From Gracilinanus agilis (lineage: Eukaryota): a stretch of 64,000 bases of DNA. The stretch covers positions 75,086,952 through 75,150,951 of the forward strand of contig NC_058132.1 in NCBI RefSeq assembly GCF_016433145.1, given 5' to 3'. This document shows positions 1 through 31,399 of the stretch, one piece after another. The number at the start of each line of letters is the position of its first letter. The stretch's first letter is position 1. The position numbers were made by a program, and so were the translations under genes. The notes beneath the pieces are model-generated. The model did no database searches and was not told the origin of the DNA. It saw nothing but the letters and a program-made list of their open reading frames with translations.

Positions 1-170
1 CCCCTCCCCCTCCCCGTCCTGTCCAGTAGGTCCTCTCCTACAGTCACCCAGGCTCCCCTCCCCCTACTCCCGTCCTCTCAGAGTTTCCTTCTCCCGAGTC
101 TGGCCCCTTGGGCTCCCCTCCCCTCAGTGTGGTCTCCTCAGGCCCCCAAACCCCGGCCAGCCATACTCAC

Positions 171-219
171 CGTCGTAGTAGTAACAGACTTTTCGCTTCG
201 TGCCCTGAGTCAGCGCCAT
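171..219 (-). CDS. HDAC1: Histone deacetylase 1, first coding exon (rest of the gene lies left of the window)
   Basis: The minus strand reads caagATGGCG and translates MALTQGTKRKVCYYYD(G). The exon is 49 nt and ends at a GTGAGT donor. This matches the HDAC1 N-terminus, and HDAC1 lies downstream of LCK as in human. Confidence 0.96.
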
Positions 220-400
220 CTTGTCTCGCGCACTCGCGCCAGCCCGCGGCGCCGCACTATGTCCAACCTGAGGGAGGGGGCGCGGTCCCCTCCGTTCCGC
301 CCGCCCCCTCCCCGTTCATCTACCAATGGCTGACCAGCCTTGCCGAAATGACAACCAATCACATTTCAGCATTCCTAGAGCGGAAGTTGGTTCTGGGCTA
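220..400 (-). promoter_or_regulatory. HDAC1 CpG-rich promoter/5'UTR
   Basis: CpG-dense segment with GC boxes (ccgcccgccccc, about 297-310) and CCAAT at 323-327 and 355-359, immediately upstream of the ATG. Confidence 0.75.
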
Positions 401-1390
401 GGAGACTGGGAAGGATGCCGGCCAGTGGAGCCCCCGGCAGTACCATCTGTGGAAGGTGGGGGGCGCCTTCAGGCCTCAGACTGTACCACTATGCATTGGA
501 GCTGGGTGGGTAGCAGTCTAGCAGGGGTCTTTTCTATAAAGGGTCCTTGGGGAGAGCTTGGTGAATTTGAAGGTTTCATCACTTAGATGAGGGAAGCTAG
601 AAATTTGAGTTAGTGAATGGAGGGTTCGAATTCTGTGGACTGCTTGTTAGTTTTATGACCTTTAGAAAATCTCTGACCCTAAATTTTCTTCTCTGTAATA
701 TGGAATTGTACTAAAAGACCCCTTTTCCAGATGGAAATCCTGTGACTAGAGAAAAGATACTTTCCTTCCTTGGATCCCAACTTTTCTTCATCTCATCTAT
801 AAAATGGAAAGAATAATGCCTTTCTACTTGACCTATGAAACTGCTTTTTTTCTTTTTATTAAATTAAAATTGTATTGATATTTTTTATATTATCTAAATT
901 TCTCCTAGGGTTCCTCCTCATTCCCCTCCTAGAAAGAGCAAATAATATTTTTAAGAGAAAAAAGGAGGAAAAGGGGAGGGAAGAATCTGCAAAATCAACC
1001 AATACTTGGGAAAAAAAATTCTGAAAATGTCAAATTCAACACCCTGGACTTCCCACCTCTCTTCAACTGGACAAGAGGACAGGGTGTCTTTTCATCTCTC
1101 TTTTTTTAGAGGCATGATTGTTCTTGGTAATTTTGCAACACTTACTTTTGATTATTTTGTGGTTATTCTTTCTGTTTACATTGTTATAGTAATTGTGTAA
1201 ATAGTCTTTCTTGGCTTCACCTATCACTCTGCAGCAGTTCATATAAGTCTTTCAATGTTTCTCTGTATTCATCTTATTGGTTGTTTTTTACAACTCAGGA
1301 ATATTTTCTTATATTCAAAGACCAATTCTTTTATAACATGGCTAATATGGAAATATGTCTTCTTTTAAAAAAATTTTTTTTTGTTTGTTT

Positions 1391-1565
1391 AAACCCTTAA
1401 CTTCTGTGTATTGGCTCCTAGGCAGAAGAGTGGAAAGGGTGGGCAATGGGGGTCAAGTGACTTGCCCAGGGTCACACAGCTGGAAAGTGTCTGAGGCTGA
1501 ATTTGAACCTAGGACCTCCTGTCTCTAGGCCTGACTCTCAATCTACTGAGCTACCCAGCTGCCCC
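1391..1565 (-). mobile_element. tRNA-derived marsupial SINE (SINE1_Mdo-like)
   Basis: ggggcagctgggtagctcagtagattgagagtcagg...ggttcaaatt...gaccctgggcaagtcacttgacccccattg...aagggttt. About 20 further copies occur, e.g. 2923-3131, 9318-9487, 12535-12921 (two), 22340-22512, 25557-25753, 26775-26941, 29069-29260, 36178-36358, 37431-37612, 38222-38413, 49240-49395, 54920-55035, 56525-56680. Confidence 0.85.
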
Positions 1566-3375
1566 CTATGTATTGTTTTTTACTGCACGTGTATAACATA
1601 TCAAATTGCTTGCCTTCTCAAGGAAAGGAGAGATGATAGAAATAAGGAGAGAATTCAGAACTCAAAAAAATTTTTTTAAATGTTAAAATTTGTTTTTACA
1701 TGTAATTGGGAAAAAATAAAATAGTAAAAAAAGACCAATTAGCCATTCCCCAATAAATAGGCATCTACTTTGTTTCCTGTTTCTTTATACCTAAATATAT
1801 TGTTTATAAGTATTTTAATGCATACTCAGATTCTCTTTTCTATGACTTTCTAGTGGCATTTGTTTTCTTTTTTATCCCTTCCCCCAGATCTGAAATTTTA
1901 TCAATGTAAGGAATGTCTAGTAAGATAATTCCATCTATTAAATTACAGTCAAAAGTCCTGAGTTCAAATTTAGTCTCAGATACTTCCTAGCTGGGTTGCC
2001 CTAACCCTAATTGCCTATCCCTTACCACTCTTGTACCTTGGAACTGATACTGATTCAAGACAAAAGACATGGGTTAAAAAATAAAAGGTTAATTGACTAG
2101 CCTATGAGGATCTAATTTCATTCAATATTAAGCACCTACTATGTACAACTGATGAACTCAGACCGAGACCCTACATTCAAATTCCAGTTGTACCAATTAC
2201 TTAGCTAATTGACCTTGGAGATTCCTCCAGCTGAGGTTTCCCTATCTGAAAAATTAGTGGGGTGGACTAGATAATAGTAGCATTCATGATAACTGACATA
2301 TAGGGCTTTTACAAAAACTATTTTATTTGAGTCTTGTAATATATGATACAGTAGCAAAGCCCTGCCTCAGAGAACTTAGGTTCAAATATAAATTGTGTCA
2401 TTTTCTTAATGGGAGTGATCTTAGGCAAATCTCTTTCTTCTAACTGCCTTAGGACTGTTTCCTCATCTGTAAAATGAAGTGCTCAGACTAAATGGTTTTT
2501 GAGGTCCCTTCCAGGTTTCTAAGATTGCATATATTATCCCCATTTCGTGGATGAAGAAATTTAAACTCAGAAAGTAGAAGAGGGGAGACTGAGGAGGGAA
2601 AGGGAAAAATAAGCATTTATTAAGCCCCTACTATGTACCTGGAAGCACTTTACAAATATCCCATTTGATTCTTGCAATAACCTTGGGAAGTAAGAATTAT
2701 TATTATCCTGTTTATACTTAAGGAAATTGAGGTAAACAGCAGTTAAGTGACTTGTTCAAGGTCACATAGCTAATAAGTATCCGAGTTCATATTTGAACTC
2801 AGGTCTTCCTAACTCAAGGTTTTATGAACTGAGCTTCCTAGCAGGGGCTTACTGATTGATGCTCAACTTAGTGTGGACATCCAATTAATTTTAACTCATT
2901 ACTGCTCAGAACTACTGCTCCAGGGGCAGCTAGGTGGCTTAGTGAGTTTAGAGCCAGACCTTGAGATAGAAGGTCCTAGTTTCAAATGTGGTCTCAGACA
3001 TTTCCTAGCTTTGTGACCCTGGGCAAGTCACTTAATCCCTATTGCCTAGTTCTTACTACCCTTCTGCCTTGGAACTGATACTTAGTATGGATTCCAAGAC
3101 AGAAGGTAAGGGTTTAAAAAAAAAAAAAAAAGATTATCCTTATTTTAAAGAAAAGAAAACTAAGACTCAGAGAAGGAACTTGCCACATAGCCATAGGTTT
3201 CTTGGAGCAGAGATGCAATTCTAGAAGCTCTCAAGATCCTATTCCCATCCTCCCCTCTATCCTGCCACCCTTTTCTTCACCTCCTTTCCTCAACAGCCCA
3301 AAGATGAGAGCTGTGGGCCTAACCTGGGGTGGAGGAGTGGTGATGGGTAGAGAGAGTTACCATTCTTAGCTAACA

Positions 3376-3381
3376 TTTATT
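3376..3381 (-). terminator. Candidate LCK polyadenylation signal (AATAAA)
   Basis: First tttatt downstream of the stop, about 510 nt away; it lies in an L2-like 3' end. Confidence 0.55.
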
Positions 3382-3891
3382 GGATGTCCTCTGTGTGCAG
3401 GGCAGGGTCTGAGAGAGAGACAGAAATTTAGAAGAATAATTCCTACCCTCAAAAGACTGCTAAAAGTCTTGAATCTCGGGAGGACTGAGAAAGTGAGTCC
3501 AGTCTAGATAGACACATAGACAAAAGAGTCAAAAGGCTGAGGCAGACTCCAGGCTTCTCCTTTCCTCCAGGCAAATCAAGGGGAGGACTGAGGTGGAAAG
3601 ATCAGCCTGGGAGATAAAATGTTGGGGGTGGGGCGCACAAAGGATGAGTTCAATTCCAAGTCTTCTCCTGGCAGGTTAAGTAACAGGTTGCCACAGGTGA
3701 TAAAGCCCCATGCCTCCATCCTGATGGGGGAGAGGGTCACCTTAGGCAGGATGCCCCCCTGTCTTTCCAGGACTCTGGAGAAGGACCCAGCTCCTTTGTC
3801 AGTCAGTCTGAGTGGGGCCATTTAGGAGGTAAGGGTATAAAGTTGGGGAGGTGGGCCGGGGCCTGGGATGGGAGAGATCAAAGTAGGAAGG

Positions 3892-24138
<20,247 letters not shown>

Positions 24139-24149
24139 GGTCCCTGCAG

Positions 24150-24720
24150 GAAGAAGAGGGAAGGGGAGGAGAGTGGGTCATTTTTCCATGGCCCCAATAA
24201 ACGTTGCTGCCCAGCCACAGAGAGCCCAGGTTGCCCAGCTCTGGTACAAGTATGGGCAAAGTCAGGAAGACACCTGGGTTTTTGCGTCGGGTCCCTCCTC
24301 CCCATGCCCACCCTCCCTTGCCCGGTCTCCACCCTGCCACCTGGGTTCTGTAAACTGCCATCTACACCTTTGCCCTTCTCAAGGCTACTTCCTGCCACCC
24401 CTCCCCCATATCTCTAGGTCTCGAGCTCCCAAGTACAATCCCCCTAAGCCAAGAAGAAGGAAGGAGATCAGAGCCATGGCAACCCCTATCTCAGGGAAGA
24501 GACCAAGGAGCAGGTCATTCCCTACAGATGGAGCCCTGAGGAATCTTGGAGGATTCTTTTGCTGGGGAGTGGGGGCCTTGTCTGTAGGGAGAAGGGTAAA
24601 AGAGAAGAAGCTTAGAGCTAGGAAGCCTCCTTCCTGCACAGGTGGCTTTCTCCTTTGAGCCAGGCACAGGGTAGGGTGGAAAGGAAGAGAATGGTTACAA
24701 ACAGCCCTGAGATCAGAGCA
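24150..24720 (-). promoter_or_regulatory. Probable LCK proximal promoter region
   Basis: Repeat-free region just upstream of the first coding exon. It has a TCF/LEF-like CTTTGA (24653-24658), an E-box CAGGTG (24639-24644) and GGAA cores. Mammalian LCK is known to have a proximal promoter here, but I could not place the exact TSS or exon. Confidence 0.4.
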
Positions 24721-25084
24721 ACTAGGGTGTGAGGCTTAGCCCTACCATTTTCTAGCCATGTGACCCTAAGCCAAGTCACTTCTCTTTGAACCTCCATTTT
24801 CTCATCTGTAAAACGGGGCTAATAATACATGCATTTGTGATTTTTAGAGCCTTAGTGAGTAAGAGGCTTTTTGAGCTCAAGACACTGTGGAAACATGAGT
24901 TCTTGTAATTACAAGGGATAGAGGGTCCAAAAAGCCATCCTTTGTGTCTAATTTTTCAGAGTCAGAAAGAAGGCAAGGGTGATTTCTTGGTCTTGAAGCC
25001 AGAGCCTGGCTATAAGCTTGCCAGTCTGAGCCTGCCTGAAGCCAGAGGGGAAAGGAGAAGCATCGCCGAACCACAGAATCTCAG

Positions 25085-27780
25085 ACCTCTGACGTCTTTC
25101 CCAGGGTATCCAGTTCCTCTTATGATGTTACAAAAGGAATAAATGGAATGTTCCTCAGAGTGATAAGTTGTATCTTTCTAAAACCATCAGCAAATATTAT
25201 CTGTAATGGGGATAAGCTAGAAGTCTTTCCACTAAAATCAGGGATGAAGCAAGGATGCCCATTATCACTAGTATTATTCAATATTGTACTAGAAATGCTA
25301 GTTATAAACAATATGAGAAGAAAAAATAGAAGGAATTAAAACAGACAAATGCAGAAGTGAAACTATCACTCTTTATGGATGATATGAGGGTACAACTTAG
25401 AGAATTCTAGAGAATTAACTAAAAAACTAGTTGAAATAATTAACAACTTCAGTAAAGTTGCTGGACCCATATAAGTCATCAGCATTTTCATGTATTATCA
25501 ACAAAGTCCAGCAGGAAGACATAAAAAGAGAAATTCCATTTAAAATAATTGCAGTGGGGGGAGCAGCTAGGTGGCTCAGTGGATTGAGAGCCAGGCCCAG
25601 AGATGGGAGATCCTGGGTTCAAATTTGGCCTCAGACACTTTCCAGCTGTATGACCCTGAGCAAGTCACTTAACCCCCATTGCCTAGCCTTACAGCTCTTC
25701 TGCCTTAGAACCAGTACACAGTATTGATACTGAAATGGAAGTTAAGCGTTTAAAAATAAAACAATAAAATAATTGGGGACAATATAAGATACTTGGAAAT
25801 CTACATGCCAAGGCAAATCCAGAATTGTATAAATGAACATTTTTTGCACAAAAAAGTCAGATTAAACAATTGTAGAAAAATGAATTACCCATGAGAAGGC
25901 TGAGCCAATATAATAAAAATGACAATTCTATCTAAATTAATTTACCTACTCAGTGCCGTACCAAGTTACCAAAAAATTATTTTATAAAGCTAAAAAAAAT
26001 AATAACAAAATTCATCTAGAAGAACAAAAGGTCAAGAATCTCAGAGAATCAATGTGGGGGGGGAAAGTAGGCGAAGCAAGTGCTATATCTCAAATCATAT
26101 TACAAAGTAGTAATCATCAAAACAATCTGGTACTGGCTAGTGGTGGATTAGTGGAATAGATTAGGTACATGATTCACAGTAGTAAATGACTAGCAATCTA
26201 ATGTTTTTCAAACCCAGAGATCCAAACTTTGGGGACAAGAAATCATTATTTGACAAAAATTCCAGGGAAAATTAGAAAGCAATTTGAAAGAAATTAGGCA
26301 TAGGCCAATATCTCATATTGTAATACCAGGATAAGTTTAAAATAGGTATATGATTTAGACATAAAAGGAGATATCATAAGCAAATTAGAAGATCATAGAA
26401 TATTTTATCTGTTAGATTTCTGGATAAGGGAAGAGTTTATTTCCAAATGAGAGATAGAGAGTACAGAATGTAAAATGGATAATTTAAATTATAACAAATC
26501 AAAAATGTTTTGCACAAATAAAACCAACGCAGCCATGATTAGAAGGAAAGCAGGAAACTGGGGGAAATTTTTTATAGTAAGTTTCTCTGATAAAGGCATC
26601 ATTTCTCAAATATATAAAGAACTGACTCAACTTTTAGAATACTGTACAAGTCATTTCCTTAATTATAAATGGTCAAATGATATGAACAGGCTGTTTTCAG
26701 ATGAAGTAATAAAAGCTATTTTGTAGTCAGATGAGAAAATGCTCTAAATCGCTATTTAAAAAAATTTTTTTTCACCCTTACTTTCTCTCCTAGTAACAAC
26801 TCTAGGACAAGGGCTAAGCAAATGGGGTTAAGTGACTTTCTAAGGGTCACACAGCTAGGAAGTGTCTGAAATAGAATTAGAACCCAGGTCTTTCTGACTC
26901 CAGGTTTGGTACTCTAATCACTGTGATGCCTAGCTGCTCCCCTAAATCACTCTTGATTAAAGAAATGCAAATTAAACCAATTCTGAGGTAGTACCCCACA
27001 CCTATCAAGTTTGCTAATATAACAGAAAAGGAAAATAACAAATGTTGGAGGGAATGTGAAAAAACTGGGGCAAAGGATGCACTGTTGAAGATGTGAATTG
27101 ATCCTGAGCAATTTGGAACTACGCCTAAAGGGTTATAAAACTGTGTATATCCTTTAATCTAGTAATACCACTATTAGTGTATACCCAAAGAGATAAAACA
27201 ACAGGAAAAGGACTTATTTGTACAAAAATATTGGTAGCAGCCCTTTTTGTGGTGGAAAAGAATTGGAAATTGAGGGCATGCCCATCCACTAGGGAATAGC
27301 CAAATAAGTTGTGATATATAATTATGATGTAATGCACTAAGAAACAATGAGCAGGATGGTTTCAGAAAAACCTGAGAAGACTTACATGAACTGATTCAAA
27401 GTGAAGTGAGAAGAACCAGAACACTGTACACAGTAATATAATATTGTACAATGATCCTCTGTCAATGACTTAGCTGTTTTCAGCAATATGATGATCCAAG
27501 ATAATTCTGAAGGATTTATGATGAAAAATGCTAGCCACTTTCAGAGAAAGAACTAATAGAATTTGAATGCAAATTGAAGTATTTTTAAATGCTTATTATT
27601 TTTTTAGAGAGGACAACATGGCTGAAATGGAAATGTTTTACATGACTGTACATGTATAACCTGAAGGGGAAAAAGAGGGAGATAAAGAATATAGAATTCA
27701 AAAAATTTCTAAATGAATGTTAAACTTTTTGTTTATATGTAATTGAGAAAAAATAAAACAGAGTAAATGCAAAAATAAAT
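25085..27780 (+). mobile_element. Older fragmented L1 (ORF2 RT to 3'UTR) interrupted by SINEs
   Basis: [29 protein letters not shown] motif, then ORF2 C-terminal remnants. Confidence 0.85.
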
Positions 27781-28168
27781 AATAACATTCAGACTAGTGG
27801 TTATATAGCCTCTAACACTGCCAGGAACAAGGAGCTCACTACTTCATTAACCAGACTATCCCACTTGGGATAGCTCTATTCATTCATTAGTCCCCTCCAT
27901 CCAGGAAGATCAGTCTGTCTTCCTGAAACTACTCCTGGATTATCCCAAACTCTTCCCTCTAGCTCCAGATCTCTTCCAGTCAAGATCATCCTCTTAAGCA
28001 CTTACCCAAAATATTCCCCCCCCCAACAAATGAACAGAAGCCTCCAGGTGGAGTCTGACCAGGGCAGGAAACACCAATCCCACCTCTCCCTCAATCTGAA
28101 TGCTTTCCTTTTCTTAATGCAGCATAAGATTATACAGACTTTTCTTGGATGCCCTTTCACATTAGGCG

Positions 28169-28362
28169 CAGTGGTTCCCAAAGTGGGCACCACCACCCCC
28201 TGGTGGGTGCTGCAGCAATCCAGGAAAGCAGTGATGGCCACGGATGCATTTATCTTTCCTATTAATTGCTATTAAAATTTAAAAAAAAATAATTTCCAGG
28301 GGCACTAAGGAATATTTTCTCTGGAAAGGGGGCGGTAGGCCAAAAAAGTTTGGGAACCACTG
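28169..28362. mobile_element. hAT (Charlie-type) MITE, 194 bp
   Basis: Perfect 14-bp TIRs CAGTGGTTCCCAAA...TTTGGGAACCACTG, with a near 8-bp TSD cattaggc/cattaggg. Confidence 0.88.
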
Positions 28363-29269
28363 CATTAGGGGAAGGGAATTCATATTTATATAGGGTACAC
28401 TGCATGCCAAATGCAGCACTAAACACTTCACAAATATCTTGTTTGATCCTCACAACAACCTTGGGATACTGTTATTATCCCCTATTTTACAGTTGGGGAA
28501 ATTGAGGCTGAGAGAAATTAAGTGTCTTGTCAAAAATGTCTAAAAGTAGATTTGAACTCAGGCCTTCTTGAGTCCAGATCCAGTGTTCCATTCACTGATC
28601 CGCTTAGCTGTCTGCTAAAACCTGAATTTGAGTTTGCAACCCACTAAATATCAGAGGAAGAAAAGAAGAACTGAGCCTACAACAGGAGGGTCTGGCATTT
28701 GGCCTTTGGAGAGAGCTGGAGAAAGGATTAGATTGAGAGGGTTAAAACTGCAGAAAGATAAAAGATGAGCAGAAAATCTGGAAATCCAGGATCCAGGCCA
28801 AGGCTAGACTGTCTAAGGGAACATTGGAATCCTAGGATATGGGAGCAAAATCCAGGGAGCAGATGTCCAGGGCTTCTCTCTAGGACTGGGGCTAAAAGAT
28901 AGAGCCTAGGACAATGGGGAATATTTATAGCCAAAAAGCCTCATATTTAGGTTCTGGCATGACAAGCTGTATTTTTTGACTGACTAAGACGAACACTTAT
29001 AATTTATCTGTCTTTAAGAGCAACTCGAATTTATATAAATTACCAGAACTTTAGAAAAGTACTTTTAAGGGGCATCAAGGTGGCTCAGTAGACTGAGAGT
29101 CAAATGTAGAGATGGGAGATTCTGGGTTCAAATTTGATCTCAGACACTTCCTAGTGGTGTGATCCTGAACAAGTCACTTGATATCCATTGTCTAGCCCCT
29201 ACCACTCTTCTGCCTGAGAACCAATACACAGTATTGATTCTAAGATGTAAGTTAAGGATTTATTTTAAA

Positions 29270-30020
29270 CATTTTTAAAAGTTTATTTTAAACATTATAC
29301 ATATTTAATATATTTATTATATATAATAAATGATAAACATATTTAATATAAAATACATTTATATTGAATATATTTTATATATGAATATAAATATACCATA
29401 TTTTATTATATATAAAATAATATATAAATAGCTATCTATAAATATTTATATATCTATAATATAATAAATAGGTTCCATATAAATGTATTTTATATCAAAT
29501 ATAATTATAAATAATATGAACAAATATAATAATTAATAATAATAAAATTAATATAAATAATTTTGATTGAATATATTTACATATGACATATAAATATACC
29601 ATATTTTATTATATATAAAATAATATGTGAATAGATATCTATAAATATTTATGTATCTATAATATAATGAATAGATTCAATATATTAAATATATAAATAG
29701 GAATATGAATATAATAAATAGATTTGGTATGTGAATTTTATATTAAGTACATAAATATAAATATAGATATGAAAAATAGATTTAATACATGAATTTTAAA
29801 TTATATATACATAAATATGGGTATAAAATAAATAGATCTAATACTTGAATTTTAAATTAAATATATAAATAATTATGGGTATATAATAAATAGATTTAAT
29901 ACTTGAATTTTAAATTAAACACATAAATAAATGTGGGCATATAATAAATAGATTTAATATGTGAGTTTTATATTAAATATATAAATAAAATATGGATATA
30001 TAATGAACATATATATTTAA
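29270..30020. repeat. Extremely AT-rich low-complexity block with internal duplications
   Basis: Nearly pure A/T, with a duplication at about 205-bp spacing and ~58-bp tandem units at 29760-29970. Confidence 0.85.
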
Positions 30021-31399
30021 GTGCTTTTAAGAAGTCCCCTTGACCTGATACTGAAGACCTAGCTGGGGAGGCTAGGTTCAGGTTCTGATCACAAGGTAGG
30101 TCTTTGCATAGTGGTGGGACAGATGTGGAGTTCAGAACTATCTGGGGAAACATCTCATTGGCTAGTTAGCAAATGATCAAAGGTCAAGAGGCCCTCCAGA
30201 AACATTGGCCTTGGTGGGACATGAGATTTCATTCATACCCAGAGATGGTTTCTCTATTATAATGTGTTGTGCCATATATGTGTTTATCTTGGATTTTTAT
30301 AAAAATACAACCCCCCCTGAAGAGGGTGTTTAAAAAAAAGAAACACCCGGATCAGCTCAGAATACATCGTTGAGTTATGGGGTGTATGAGTCAATTATCA
30401 AAAGAAAAACCAAAAACATAAGAAAATTAAATTTTGGGAGAAATAAAAATTCAAAATAAGAATCAAAATATCAAAAATCTATGTATGTAAAATTTTTAAG
30501 TAAACAAGAATAAATTCATAACAGGCCCTTGTATTAAGGTCCAATTAAAGTAAATTCTGTACCATAAATCTATAAGACAAAATGCAGTAATATTGCACTT
30601 ACCACATTGGCAGCCAAGATTACAGCAAGTTGCTATATCATAAGAGAAAAAAGGACTAGATTTTTATGTAAAAGGGACTCACGTGCGTAAGTGTGCAGTG
30701 GGGAAAGTAGGTCCCAGATCTGCCTCTAATTTGCTTTTAGATCTTAGGTGGACTCACCTTTGAATCTGAAGTCCTCAGTTATTGACTGGCAAAAATAATA
30801 TTTGTGCTACTTGCCTCCTGCCATCTTGGGAGGGTCAAAGTCAGCCAATCATCCAATGAATGGTTATGAAGCGCCACTCCATGCCAGGCACAGTGCTCAG
30901 TGTTAAGGATTCAGAGAGACACAAAAGACAGTCCCTGCTCCCAAGAAGTTCACAGTCTTAGGTGGGGAGATAATGAAGGTCAAGATGAAACCCTGAAAGT
31001 TTTCTTGGAGCTTCAGACCTCATTGTTATTGCCATTTGGTTTGGGATGTATGTAAACATGTGGCTGTGCCTGGTTGTGCCTGGTGAGTTTTATATAAGTA
31101 AATGTATATGCATGTGGTGGGGGAAGAGAATAATGATGCCTAGGAGAGTGCATCTCTGTGGATAAGACCCTGGGGTGGATGTGACTTCATGTGTAGGCAG
31201 ACCCCACAACTTTCCAGTTCAATCAATATCTGAATAGAAATTCCTCTGAGACTATGTAATATGTTAGCAACCAAGTGTCTCTGCATTTGCATGTGTGTAA
31301 GACTTTCCATGTTTAGTATCACACGCTAGGAGCAACTTGGCAGCATGGTGGATTGAGTACCGGGTCTGGAAGACCTGGGTTCAAATTTGACCACATACA

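Noticed and set aside
108-586. Plus-strand ORFs over the HDAC1 promoter
   Set aside because: They are GC-rich chance ORFs antisense to HDAC1 exon 1, with no recognisable protein.
2923-3000. tRNA-like A/B box sequences (tagctcagtgg...ggttcaaat)
   Set aside because: These are SINE heads followed by SINE body and A-tail; there is no cloverleaf tRNA gene.
24180-24260. Possible LCK proximal non-coding exon ending ...ggctgggcag
   Set aside because: It is followed by CAACG, not GT, and no convincing donor was found, so the exon was not called.
30250-30650. Possible Tc1/mariner relic
   Set aside because: The composition is suggestive, but I could not identify TIRs, a TA duplication or a transposase frame.
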